A stretch of DNA of 32,000 nucleotides. Source: Erysipelotrichaceae bacterium OH741_COT-311 (GTDB taxonomy: Bacteria; Bacillota_I; Bacilli_A; Erysipelotrichales; Erysipelotrichaceae). The stretch lies in the NCBI GenBank assembly GCA_003858585.1, contig RQZE01000004.1, positions 126,773 through 158,772 of the forward strand, given 5' to 3'. The translations under genes were made by a program, and so were the position numbers. The notes beneath the pieces are model-generated. The model worked only from the letters and a program-made list of their open reading frames with translations, was not told where the DNA came from and ran no database searches. Positions 16,844 through 25,984 of this stretch are shown piece by piece; position 1 is the first letter of the stretch, and each line of letters opens with the position of its first letter.

Positions 16844-17305
16844 TTATTTCTGCCATATCCCAACATGATTTTTCTTAGCTTTTGCTTGCAAAGTATTTAA
16901 TAAACTAATATATTTATAATCTTCATAGACGTATGCAACCTTACCATAACCATGTTCAACAATAAGACTTTGTAATAATGTATCATCCACAAAAACCCAC
17001 ACTAAATGACGATGAAATTTATCTTGAAAATCCCCTTTTTCATCATATTCAAGTGTAATATTACTGTTGGATAATAAATTACAAGTATACTCTAAAGCCT
17101 CCTTCGCATAAAATTCTTCTTTATCAACTTCTGGAGTATCAATCGCTAAAAAACGTGCTTTAATCACTTCATCTTCCAGCTTAAACCAAGCTGTATCCCC
17201 ATCAACACATTTTACCAATTCTACCGACATTTTATCATCCTTAACTTGACTACAACCTACAAGTATAAAGATGACTAAAAGGAAACTAATAATGTTCAAC
17301 TTCAT
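16844..17305 (-). CDS. Thermonuclease (staphylococcal nuclease, SNase) family lipoprotein
   Basis: Signal peptide with lipobox MKLNIISFLLVIFILVGC|S. SNase catalytic-region motifs RFLAIDTPE and DKFHRHLVWVF...GYGKVAYVY. Confidence 0.85.
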   Translation of the reverse strand: MKLNIISFLLVIFILVGCSQVKDDKMSVELVKCVDGDTAWFKLEDEVIKARFLAIDTPEVDKEEFYAKEALEYTCNLLSNSNITLEYDEKGDFQDKFHRHLVWVFVDDTLLQSLIVEHGYGKVAYVYEDYKYISLLNTLQAKAKKNHVGIWQK

Positions 17306-18098
17306 AAATAAGTTTTTCTAAACCTTCTACCTGCATCTCTTCTAATTTTCCAGCATCAGCAGCTTGTGCCAATTTTGGATCAAGTGGTAAGCTCGCTAAT
17401 AAAGGAATATTAAATTCTTGAGCTGTTTGCAATGTTTTCGACTCATTAAAGATATGAATTTTCTCATTACAGCAAGGACATTTTACATAACTCATATTTT
17501 CTACTAAACCAATAATCGGTTTATTCATAGTCTTAGCCATATTTAAAGCTTTTGAAACAATCATCGAAACCAAATCTTGAGGCGATGTTACAACAACGAC
17601 ACCATCTACCGGAATGGATTGAAATACAGTTAAAGCTACATCACCAGTTCCAGGTGGCATGTCGATGAATAAATAGTCTAATTCATTCCATACAACATCA
17701 CTATAAAACTGTTTTACCATAGAGCCAATAATCGGTCCTTTCCAAAGAACAGGTTGTCCAGGATCATCTAACATAAAGTTAATGGAAACAGCTTTGATAC
17801 CAAGTTTACTTTCCAAAGGTAAGATGCCTTCCTCGCTTCCGTAACATTCCCCTTCCATACCTAATATTTTGGGAATCGAAGGTCCGGTAATATCTCCATC
17901 CATAACTCCAACTCTATACCCTTTTTTCGCAAAGCCTGTAGCTAAAAGGGCAGTAACCATACTCTTACCTACTCCACCTTTACCACTTAAAACCGCAATA
18001 ATTTTTTTGATTTTTGTTGTTTTTAATGGTTCTGCTGACAATAAATCCTTCTTGCCCGATGAGCAAGATGCTTGTTTTGAACTACAATTCACACTCAT
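17286..18098 (-). CDS. Mrp/ApbC/NBP35-family P-loop ATPase (Fe-S cluster carrier type)
   Basis: Deviant Walker A SGKGGVGKS, DMPPGTGD, ENMSYVKCPCCNEKIHIF (CxxC-type motif), and a Cys-containing N-terminal tail (CSSKQASCSS). RBS is AGAGGT. Confidence 0.9.
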   Translation of the reverse strand: MSVNCSSKQASCSSGKKDLLSAEPLKTTKIKKIIAVLSGKGGVGKSMVTALLATGFAKKGYRVGVMDGDITGPSIPKILGMEGECYGSEEGILPLESKLGIKAVSINFMLDDPGQPVLWKGPIIGSMVKQFYSDVVWNELDYLFIDMPPGTGDVALTVFQSIPVDGVVVVTSPQDLVSMIVSKALNMAKTMNKPIIGLVENMSYVKCPCCNEKIHIFNESKTLQTAQEFNIPLLASLPLDPKLAQAADAGKLEEMQVEGLEKLIYEVEHY

Positions 18099-18116
18099 AT
18101 ATTTACCTCTTGTTCA

Positions 18117-18145
18117 ATTATAGTGAACATGAAACGGTTTATCAA
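18117..18145 (-). promoter_or_regulatory. Candidate sigma-A promoter for the Mrp-nuclease unit (TTGATA-17-TATAAT)
   Basis: On the minus strand, TTGATA (18145-18140), exactly 17 nt of spacer, then TATAAT (18122-18117). This is about 20 nt upstream of the Mrp ATG. Confidence 0.6.
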
Positions 18146-18188
18146 CTAATTCACTTTTTTATTATGAAGGAATTGATATAAAATGTGA

Positions 18189-19504
<1,316 letters not shown>

Positions 19505-19505
<1 letters not shown>

Positions 19506-19530
19506 AAGCAACGATTACTCGTTGCTTTTT
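19505..19530. terminator. Bidirectional terminator between convergent purA and the pur operon
   Basis: AAGCAACG-attact-CGTTGCTT, with T-runs on both strands. It is flanked by the two stop codons (19503-19505 and 19529-19531). Confidence 0.75.
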
Positions 19531-19777
19531 ATATAAGAAGATATACTACAATACTACTATGTATAATTACTAACAATGGTAGTATAATCATAAATTTCTT
19601 TTTACGTGTTTTATGATGAATCATTAACATACTAGCATACATTAAGAGTGCCCCACCCAAACTCGCTACAAAAAACAAGGATGTTTCTCGTATTCGATGT
19701 AAATGATGTTTGCTTGCTAGTTTATCATAAATAGTTAAAAAACAAGCTATAACATTAATGATTAAATAATAAATCAA
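19529..19777 (-). CDS. DUF1294-family small membrane protein
   Basis: 82 aa with the pattern I associate with DUF1294: YDK.A......RI.E..L......GG..G.......HKT.K..F. It has 2-3 TM helices. The only available start is TTG (19777-19775), which overlaps the purB stop (cTTTGA). Confidence 0.75.
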   Translation of the reverse strand: MIYYLIINVIACFLTIYDKLASKHHLHRIRETSLFFVASLGGALLMYASMLMIHHKTRKKKFMIILPLLVIIHSSIVVYLLI

Positions 19778-21069
19778 AGTAATCCAACTCGTTTGTAGAT
19801 TTCATCTACATTTTTTATATGATGTTGTAGATTAAAACAATCTTCAATATCTTCTTGCGATAATATCTCTTTCACTACTTCATGATTTTGCATTAATGTC
19901 TTAAAACTTTCTTTATTTTGCCAAGATTGAATCGCATTTGGTTGGACAATATCATAAGCGTGTTCTCTTGATAAGCCTTTCTCTACCAGTTTTAACATAA
20001 AGCGTTGAGAAAAAATGACTCCATACGTCTTATAAATATTATCATGCATCGTATCTTCAAAAACAGTTAACGTATCTAATATTTTTGCAAAGCGTGTAAG
20101 CATATAATCCAAAAGAGCAGTCGCATCAGGAGCAATAATGCGTTCAACACTTGAATGAGAAATATCTCGCTCATGCCATAAGGGGATATCATCAAAACTT
20201 GACATCATATATCCACGCATCACACGTGCACAGCCACACATATTTTCACTACCTATCGGGTTGCGTTTATGTGGCATTGCACTTGAACCTTTTTGACCTT
20301 TATTAAAATATTCTTCGACTTCCCTTACTTCTGTTCTTTGTAAATGACGAATTTCAGTTGCGATTTTTTCAATAGATGAAGCAATCAAAGCTAAGGTTGA
20401 AAAATATTGAGCATGCCGATCACGTTGTAAAACTTGTGTTGAAATTTTAGCAGATTGAATACCTAGCTCTTTACACACATAATCTTGAACAAATGGTGGT
20501 GTATTAGCAAATGTCCCTACAGCACCACTAATTTTACCTACTTCAATCATCGTTCGTGCTTGATCAAAACGATATAAATGACGTTGAAATTCATCATACC
20601 AAAGCGCAAATTTTAACCCAAATGTTGTAATCTCTGCATGTACACCATGAGTTCTGCCCATACATGGCGTATCTTTATACTTTAAGGCTTGTCTTTTTAA
20701 AACAGCAACAAACGCATGTAAATCCTCTTGTAGAATATCATTTGCTTCTTTATATAGACATCCATATGCAGTATCTACAACATCCGTACTTGTTAAACCA
20801 TAATGTATCCACTTCTTTTCTTCTTGTAAAGTTTCACTTACCGCCCTAGTAAATGCCACCACATCATGTTTTGTTTCTTGTTCAATTTCATAAATACGAT
20901 TCAAATCGAAATGAGCATTTTTATATAACGTTTCTATATCTTTTTCCGGAATTAAACCCAACTGTTGCCATGCCTTACAAGCAAGTAATTCTACATTTAG
21001 ATATACTTGAAACTTATGTTCTTCACTCCAAACCTTTCTAATACATTCTCTTGAATAACGATTTAACAT
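19774..21069 (-). CDS. purB: Adenylosuccinate lyase
   Basis: Fumarate-lyase signature [16 protein letters not shown], and HDVVAF. 431 aa. Confidence 0.96.
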   Translation of the reverse strand: MLNRYSRECIRKVWSEEHKFQVYLNVELLACKAWQQLGLIPEKDIETLYKNAHFDLNRIYEIEQETKHDVVAFTRAVSETLQEEKKWIHYGLTSTDVVDTAYGCLYKEANDILQEDLHAFVAVLKRQALKYKDTPCMGRTHGVHAEITTFGLKFALWYDEFQRHLYRFDQARTMIEVGKISGAVGTFANTPPFVQDYVCKELGIQSAKISTQVLQRDRHAQYFSTLALIASSIEKIATEIRHLQRTEVREVEEYFNKGQKGSSAMPHKRNPIGSENMCGCARVMRGYMMSSFDDIPLWHERDISHSSVERIIAPDATALLDYMLTRFAKILDTLTVFEDTMHDNIYKTYGVIFSQRFMLKLVEKGLSREHAYDIVQPNAIQSWQNKESFKTLMQNHEVVKEILSQEDIEDCFNLQHHIKNVDEIYKRVGLL

Positions 21070-21077
21070 ACATCCTC

Positions 21078-22487
21078 CTATTCTTCTATTTCTTTTTGAT
21101 GTTGAAATAATTCAGTTGGATATTGCTTACTAAAACAAGCCAAACATAAATCTTTACCATGTATTTCATACATTTGTTCAACACTAATATATTTTAAACT
21201 ATCCGCTTGAATATACTCTTTTAACTCTTCAACACTCATCTTATGTGCAATTAATTCATGATAATCCGTAGTATCTACTCCATAAAAACACGGGCTAATA
21301 AAGGGTGCTGAAGCAATACGAACATGTATCTCAATAGCACCAGCATCTTTTAAGATTTTTATAATACGCTTAATTGTTGTACCTCGCACAATAGAATCAT
21401 CGATTAAAATAATCTTTTTCCCTTTGACAATCGAAGAAACTGCACTTAATTTCATACGTACCCCATTTTCACGTTGGGCTTGTGTAGGTTGTATAAATGT
21501 TCGAGCAATATAACGATTTTTAATCAGTCCCATTTCATAAGGAAGTTTACATTCTTCTGCATAACCAATCGCTGCTGAAAGGGAAGAATCAGGAACACCA
21601 ATGACAATATCACCACATACATCATGTTCTTTTTCATCGATTTGAGCAAGTAATTTCCCAGCTTTTTTTCGTGCATTGTGTACATTTAATCCTTCAATGA
21701 CACTATCTGGTCGAGCAAAATAAACGTATTCCATCGCACACATCTTCTTTTGGGTTATTGTTGTATATTGAAACGATTGTACTTCTTTATGATCAATTCT
21801 AAGTAGTTCTCCCGGCTTTAAATCACGAATAAATTGAGCTCCAACCACATCAAAAGCACACGTTTCGCTACTGATACAATAACCATCTTTCATTTTACCA
21901 AGTGAAAGTGGACGAAGTCCATTTTTATCACGTATAGCAAACATACAATCTTTTGTTAGAATAATAAACGCAAAAGCTCCCTCTAACATATTACATGCTT
22001 TGGTAATCTTCGTAACCATATTTCCGGAATGCTTCTGTATTAAGTGAACTAAAATTTCGGAATCAGAAGTTCCCTGAAAGATACTACCGGTATTTTCTAA
22101 AGCAATTTTTAATTCCATGGCATTTACAATTTGACCATTATGTACCACAGCAAAATGCCCAGTATGTGCTCGTACCATCAATGGTTGAATATTTTCTAAT
22201 TCATTATTATCTTTTGATGAATAACGAACATGTCCAACTGCAGAAATACCATTTAACTTTTTTACAGTTTCTGCTGTAAAGACTTCTTGTATTAATCCTT
22301 TTCCTTTTATACATTGAATATGTACATCATCACTACTTGCAATACCGGCAGCCTCTTGACCACGATGTTGTAAAGCATGTAATCCGTAATATGTAATACC
22401 ACTCGCATCTTCGACATCATAGACACCAAAAACGCCACATTCTTCATTGATTTTACCCGGTAAATCATACCTTTTAACCTTGTACAT
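21078..22487 (-). CDS. purF: Amidophosphoribosyltransferase (glutamine PRPP amidotransferase), Fe-S type with propeptide
   Basis: The Ntn nucleophile CGVFGV follows a short propeptide. Also HRGQEAAG, the PRTase motif [12 protein letters not shown], and Cys ligands in [21 protein letters not shown] and CLACF. Confidence 0.96.
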   Translation of the reverse strand: MYKVKRYDLPGKINEECGVFGVYDVEDASGITYYGLHALQHRGQEAAGIASSDDVHIQCIKGKGLIQEVFTAETVKKLNGISAVGHVRYSSKDNNELENIQPLMVRAHTGHFAVVHNGQIVNAMELKIALENTGSIFQGTSDSEILVHLIQKHSGNMVTKITKACNMLEGAFAFIILTKDCMFAIRDKNGLRPLSLGKMKDGYCISSETCAFDVVGAQFIRDLKPGELLRIDHKEVQSFQYTTITQKKMCAMEYVYFARPDSVIEGLNVHNARKKAGKLLAQIDEKEHDVCGDIVIGVPDSSLSAAIGYAEECKLPYEMGLIKNRYIARTFIQPTQAQRENGVRMKLSAVSSIVKGKKIILIDDSIVRGTTIKRIIKILKDAGAIEIHVRIASAPFISPCFYGVDTTDYHELIAHKMSVEELKEYIQADSLKYISVEQMYEIHGKDLCLACFSKQYPTELFQHQKEIEE

Positions 22488-22490
22488 GGA

Positions 22491-23192
22491 TTATTTACCA
22501 GTCAAGCGTTTTAAAATTTCATGATATGCTTCTTCAATATTACCAAGATCTCTACGAAAACGATCTTTATCTAGCTTTTCATTTGTTTGACTATCCCATA
22601 GACGACATGTATCCGGTGATATTTCATCAGCTAATACGATTTGTCCATCTTTTAGTCGTCCAAACTCTAATTTAAAATCAATTAAGTTAATCCCCATTGT
22701 TTTAAAGAACTCAATAAGTAATTTATTAATCTTATCTGTTTCTTCATAAATATATGCCAATTCTTCTTTTGTTGCTAATTTAAAAGCAAGTGCATGGTTA
22801 TCAGCAATCAAAGGGTCTCCTAAATCATCATTTTTCCAACAAATTTCATAAATTGGTTGATCTATTTTTGTTCCTTCCGGAATTTTATAACGAGCAGCCG
22901 CACTTCCTGCAATGACATTTCGACAAATAACTTCAAGAGGTAAGATATCTACCTTATATGCCAATTGATCACGTTCATTTAACTCTTTAATAAAATGTGT
23001 TTTAACCCCATGTTTCATTAAATACATATAAATCAAAGCTGATATTTTATTGTTTAAAATACCTTTATTTTCAATAGTTCCTTTTTTTACGCCATTACCA
23101 GCTGTTGCATCATCCTTGTAGTGAATAATAATTTGATTTTGATCATCGGTTGCATAAATCTGTTTTGCTTTTCCTTCATAAAGTAATTTCAT
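22491..23192 (-). CDS. purC: Phosphoribosylaminoimidazole-succinocarboxamide (SAICAR) synthase
   Basis: [17 protein letters not shown]..., [18 protein letters not shown], and SPDTCRLWD. The start is taken at ATG 23192, after AGGAGG. The 33-codon upstream extension in the track ORF runs through a terminator hairpin and is rejected. Confidence 0.95.
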   Translation of the reverse strand: MKLLYEGKAKQIYATDDQNQIIIHYKDDATAGNGVKKGTIENKGILNNKISALIYMYLMKHGVKTHFIKELNERDQLAYKVDILPLEVICRNVIAGSAAARYKIPEGTKIDQPIYEICWKNDDLGDPLIADNHALAFKLATKEELAYIYEETDKINKLLIEFFKTMGINLIDFKLEFGRLKDGQIVLADEISPDTCRLWDSQTNEKLDKDRFRRDLGNIEEAYHEILKRLTGK

Positions 23193-23205
23193 ATGATATC
23201 CTCCT

Positions 23206-23242
23206 AATAAAATAAAAATGCATACTGTAAAAAACAATATGC
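23206..23242 (-). terminator. Candidate intrinsic terminator of the riboswitch expression platform
   Basis: On the minus strand, GCATATTG-tttttta-CAGTATGC (8 bp including one G-U) followed by ATTTTTATTTTATT. It lies immediately upstream of the purC SD. Confidence 0.5.
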
Positions 23243-23325
23243 GAAAATAATCTATCGGTTCATTTCCTTTCCCATAAAAATCCTCCAACATTAGGTGTCA
23301 ACATTTCCATCACGGGGAAAAGGTT

Positions 23326-23390
23326 ACTTGTAGTCCACTTTGGGCAAGTGGGTAGAAACATGTCAGCCAAAATTTGACACCTATACAAGT
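23326..23390 (-). promoter_or_regulatory. Purine riboswitch aptamer, guanine/hypoxanthine class (C at the discriminator position)
   Basis: Minus strand reads ACTTGTA-TAG-GTGTCA-AATTTTGGC-TGACAT-GTTTCTAC-CCACTT-GCCCA-AAGTGG-AC-TACAAGT. It has P1 of 7 bp, the conserved J1/2 UA, the conserved J2/3 GUUUCUAC and J3/1 A-C-U, and sits upstream of purC. Confidence 0.85.
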
Positions 23391-23414
23391 AAATGTAATA
23401 AACATTACATATTT

Positions 23415-23442
23415 ATATTACCATATTCTTATTTTTTTTCAA
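23415..23442 (-). promoter_or_regulatory. Candidate sigma-A promoter for the pur leader (TTGAAA-16-TGgTAATAT)
   Basis: On the minus strand, -35 TTGAAA (23442-23437), a 16-nt spacer ending in TGg, then -10 TAATAT (23420-23415). Confidence 0.5.
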
Positions 23443-23456
23443 TCCAAAAGATCAAT

Positions 23457-23891
23457 CTATTCGTATACAATACACTTAGATATATCAATATTTTCCTTAT
23501 CACTTACGATAATAAAAACATAATTGCCTACTACTTCTAATTGATACTTTTCAATCTTACTGATTTCTTCAGGTAAGTATAACTCATAATTTCTTCGAAA
23601 TGCTTCTAAACTCTTTTTAATGTCAGCTTCCACTTTTTTATAATCTTTTACTTCCATAATAGCTATATGATCGGCACGACTTAAAGGGTCAATATATATA
23701 ATACGGTCAATAATACTATCTTTATCTAAAAAATAAATAGTATCAAAGACATCATCTCTTACAGAAGCTAAGTTCAAATCATAAGTCTTCATAATTTTTA
23801 TTGCCGTTTCTGACATATTTATTTTTTTTGTGTTACTACAACCTATCAGCATACATAGTAATAAACTGCTAATCACAATGAATTTTTTCAT
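23457..23891 (-). CDS. DUF4358-like lipoprotein
   Basis: Signal peptide with lipobox MKKFIVISSLLLCMLIGC|SNTKK, followed by a soluble ~120 aa domain. The start is taken at ATG 23891 (after GGGAG) rather than the track's TTG 23906. The family assignment is from memory of its size and pattern and is tentative. Confidence 0.65.
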   Translation of the reverse strand: MKKFIVISSLLLCMLIGCSNTKKINMSETAIKIMKTYDLNLASVRDDVFDTIYFLDKDSIIDRIIYIDPLSRADHIAIMEVKDYKKVEADIKKSLEAFRRNYELYLPEEISKIEKYQLEVVGNYVFIIVSDKENIDISKCIVYE

Positions 23892-24639
23892 ACTGCTCCC
23901 TTTCAACTACATGTGTTTTTATAAACATTAAATAATCTAAAATATATTCCTGTTTTAAATGTACCCCATCTTCGGTATATTCTTCTTTTATATAGCCTTG
24001 TTCATTAGCAAAAAATGTATCTGATTGTATAAAGTAATATTTATTATCTATACACATCTGATGTAACAATTGATTATATTCTTCAATTTTTTCCTTGCTA
24101 GCATACTTATCTTTTTTTAATGCTTCTTCGCTTGGCATATAAATACTTAAGACATAAACATCAATATGAGGGTGTATCTTTTTAATTTCTTCAATCGTTC
24201 TTTGATAAGCTTGAATAAATAAATCCGGATAAACCCACCCTAATTCATTGTAACCAAACATAATATATAAATGATCAATATCTTGTTGTCGAATTAAGTC
24301 CATCGCTGTGTAATCCTGCTGTTCATCTTGCTTGATAATCGTAACATCCAATTTATTTACAATCAACCCAACTTTTGCAACTACATTGGTATAGTCAAGT
24401 TGAGCTTCTTCAATAACATAAATACGAGAATCTCCTACAAAAAGACTTCGTTTTAAGTACTCATCACCATAATCCTTACTTTCTTCTACAGTTTTAGAAT
24501 AATCATAAACATCTTCTTTCATGCAGGTTTGCGTTGTCGTTGTTATTTCTGTTATCGTTTGCTTATACTGACAAGCACTAAGTAAAAGCATTATGCAAAT
24601 GAAAAAATATACTTTATTCAAATAAATTCTCATTTTCAT
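23869..24639 (-). CDS. SGNH/GDSL-type hydrolase lipoprotein
   Basis: Lipobox MKMRIYLNKVYFFICIMLLLSAC|Q. Block I is FVGDSR, block III is MFGYNELGW, and block V is EDGVHL (D..H). The start ATG (24639 or 24633) lies inside the scpB 3' end. Confidence 0.75.
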   Translation of the reverse strand: MKMRIYLNKVYFFICIMLLLSACQYKQTITEITTTTQTCMKEDVYDYSKTVEESKDYGDEYLKRSLFVGDSRIYVIEEAQLDYTNVVAKVGLIVNKLDVTIIKQDEQQDYTAMDLIRQQDIDHLYIMFGYNELGWVYPDLFIQAYQRTIEEIKKIHPHIDVYVLSIYMPSEEALKKDKYASKEKIEEYNQLLHQMCIDNKYYFIQSDTFFANEQGYIKEEYTEDGVHLKQEYILDYLMFIKTHVVEREQYEKIHCD

Positions 24640-25237
24640 CACTACTAAAATCTGGAAGTTCAGGAAGCTCATCTAAACTAATTAACTTAAAACTGTCCAT
24701 AAACTCCTCCGTCACCCCATATAAAAATGGTTTGCCGGGAGCATCACTTCTACCCATTTCTTGTATTAAATTTCGTGCCTGTAATTTTCTTAGCATCATA
24801 TCACAACCTACACCACGTAATTCTTCAATTTCTACACGTGTAATTGGTTGACGATAAGCTACAATTGCCAAGGTTTCTAAGGCAGATTGTGATAAAGCAT
24901 TTGTTTTGGTTGTTTGAAATAACTTTGATGCGAAAGGATGAATATAAGACTTTGATAAAAACTTATAGTTTCCTCCATAGTTCACTAATTCAAAAGCATA
25001 TTCTTCTTTTTGATATTTGAACATTAAACGACTAAAGACTTCTTCCATCCCTTTTAATGTTACATCCATTACGGCAGCACATTGTTCTATTTTTAACCCT
25101 TCATCTCCAACAATAAATAGTAATCCTTCTACAATGGTATCGATTGGATATTCATCTTTTCTTTCTACTTTTTTAACTGTATTTATATGTAATGGCCTTG
25201 TAACTTCTATGCCATATTTATATTCTTTGTATTCCAT
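24614..25237 (-). CDS. scpB: Segregation and condensation protein B
   Basis: IVEGLLFIVGDEGL, ETLAIVAYRQPITRVEIEELRGV, and GRSDAPGKPFLYGVTEEF. Confidence 0.93.
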   Translation of the reverse strand: MEYKEYKYGIEVTRPLHINTVKKVERKDEYPIDTIVEGLLFIVGDEGLKIEQCAAVMDVTLKGMEEVFSRLMFKYQKEEYAFELVNYGGNYKFLSKSYIHPFASKLFQTTKTNALSQSALETLAIVAYRQPITRVEIEELRGVGCDMMLRKLQARNLIQEMGRSDAPGKPFLYGVTEEFMDSFKLISLDELPELPDFSSDENENLFE

Positions 25238-25239
25238 AT

Positions 25240-25968
25240 TTAACCTCTTTTAAACCATATTGTTTCATTACTATCTACAAAAAATGTAAGTATCTGCAAT
25301 CTAGATAAATCAAGCACTGCTAAAAATGTAACAATTGCTAAGTGTAAATTTTCATTACAATCTTCTAATAGTGTTTCAAATGTAAATGTTTCATCTAAGT
25401 CTTTTAAACGTGCTTTTAATTGTAAAATGCGATCATCCACTGAAATTTCTTTCTGTGTAAACTTTGTTTCTATCGGTTTAGACAATTTCATACGTCTTAA
25501 TACCTTATACATTGCTTTTACAAGGTCATAAGCATTTCCATCAATAGGAAGTGTACTATCGTCTTTTTTAATCCAATGGTCGACTTCCATTGAAATTGGT
25601 TTAGCCATTTGTAGATTTCTTTGATGATAAAAGTCTGATAATTGTTCTGTAATTTCTTTATATTGTTGATATTCTAGTAATCGTTGTATTAAGCGTTCTT
25701 TTGGATCTGCTTCATATTCTCCATCTAAAATTGTTTCTTCTTTTGGAAGTAATTTCTTACTTTTATATTCAATTAACGTAGCTAATTCAACCAAATATTC
25801 ACTTTCAATTTCCAGTTGTAAATCTTCCATTTCATTAATATACGCTAAATATTGATCCGTTAAAACATCAATATCAAAATCAAAAATACTCATTTGTTGT
25901 TCACGAATTAAATGTAACATCAAATCTAAAGGACCGACAAACTGATCAATTTGAACACGAAATGACAT
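25240..25968 (-). CDS. scpA: Segregation and condensation protein A (kleisin)
   Basis: FVGPLDLMLHLIREQQMSIFDFDIDVLTDQYLAYI N-terminus. Length is about 240 aa and scpB follows directly. Confidence 0.93.
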   Translation of the reverse strand: MSFRVQIDQFVGPLDLMLHLIREQQMSIFDFDIDVLTDQYLAYINEMEDLQLEIESEYLVELATLIEYKSKKLLPKEETILDGEYEADPKERLIQRLLEYQQYKEITEQLSDFYHQRNLQMAKPISMEVDHWIKKDDSTLPIDGNAYDLVKAMYKVLRRMKLSKPIETKFTQKEISVDDRILQLKARLKDLDETFTFETLLEDCNENLHLAIVTFLAVLDLSRLQILTFFVDSNETIWFKRG

Positions 25969-25984
25969 AACTACCTCCTACTTT

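Noticed and set aside
18173-18178. TTGATA hexamer as the -35 of a purA promoter
   Set aside because: It is only 10 nt from the TGaTACAAT extended -10 (18186-18194), which is the wrong spacing. purA probably relies on the extended -10, but I could not define a full promoter confidently, so no feature is reported.
23193-23291. 33-codon N-terminal extension of purC in the track ORF ([33 protein letters not shown])
   Set aside because: It would translate the riboswitch expression platform and the terminator hairpin. The canonical PurC N-terminus [10 protein letters not shown] follows a perfect AGGAGG at the internal ATG.
23340-23540. 66-aa plus-strand ORF
   Set aside because: It overlaps the purine riboswitch, its promoter and the 3' end of the DUF4358 gene on the opposite strand.
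25017-25253. 78-aa plus-strand ORF
   Set aside because: It is antisense to the scpB 5' end and the scpA 3' end.
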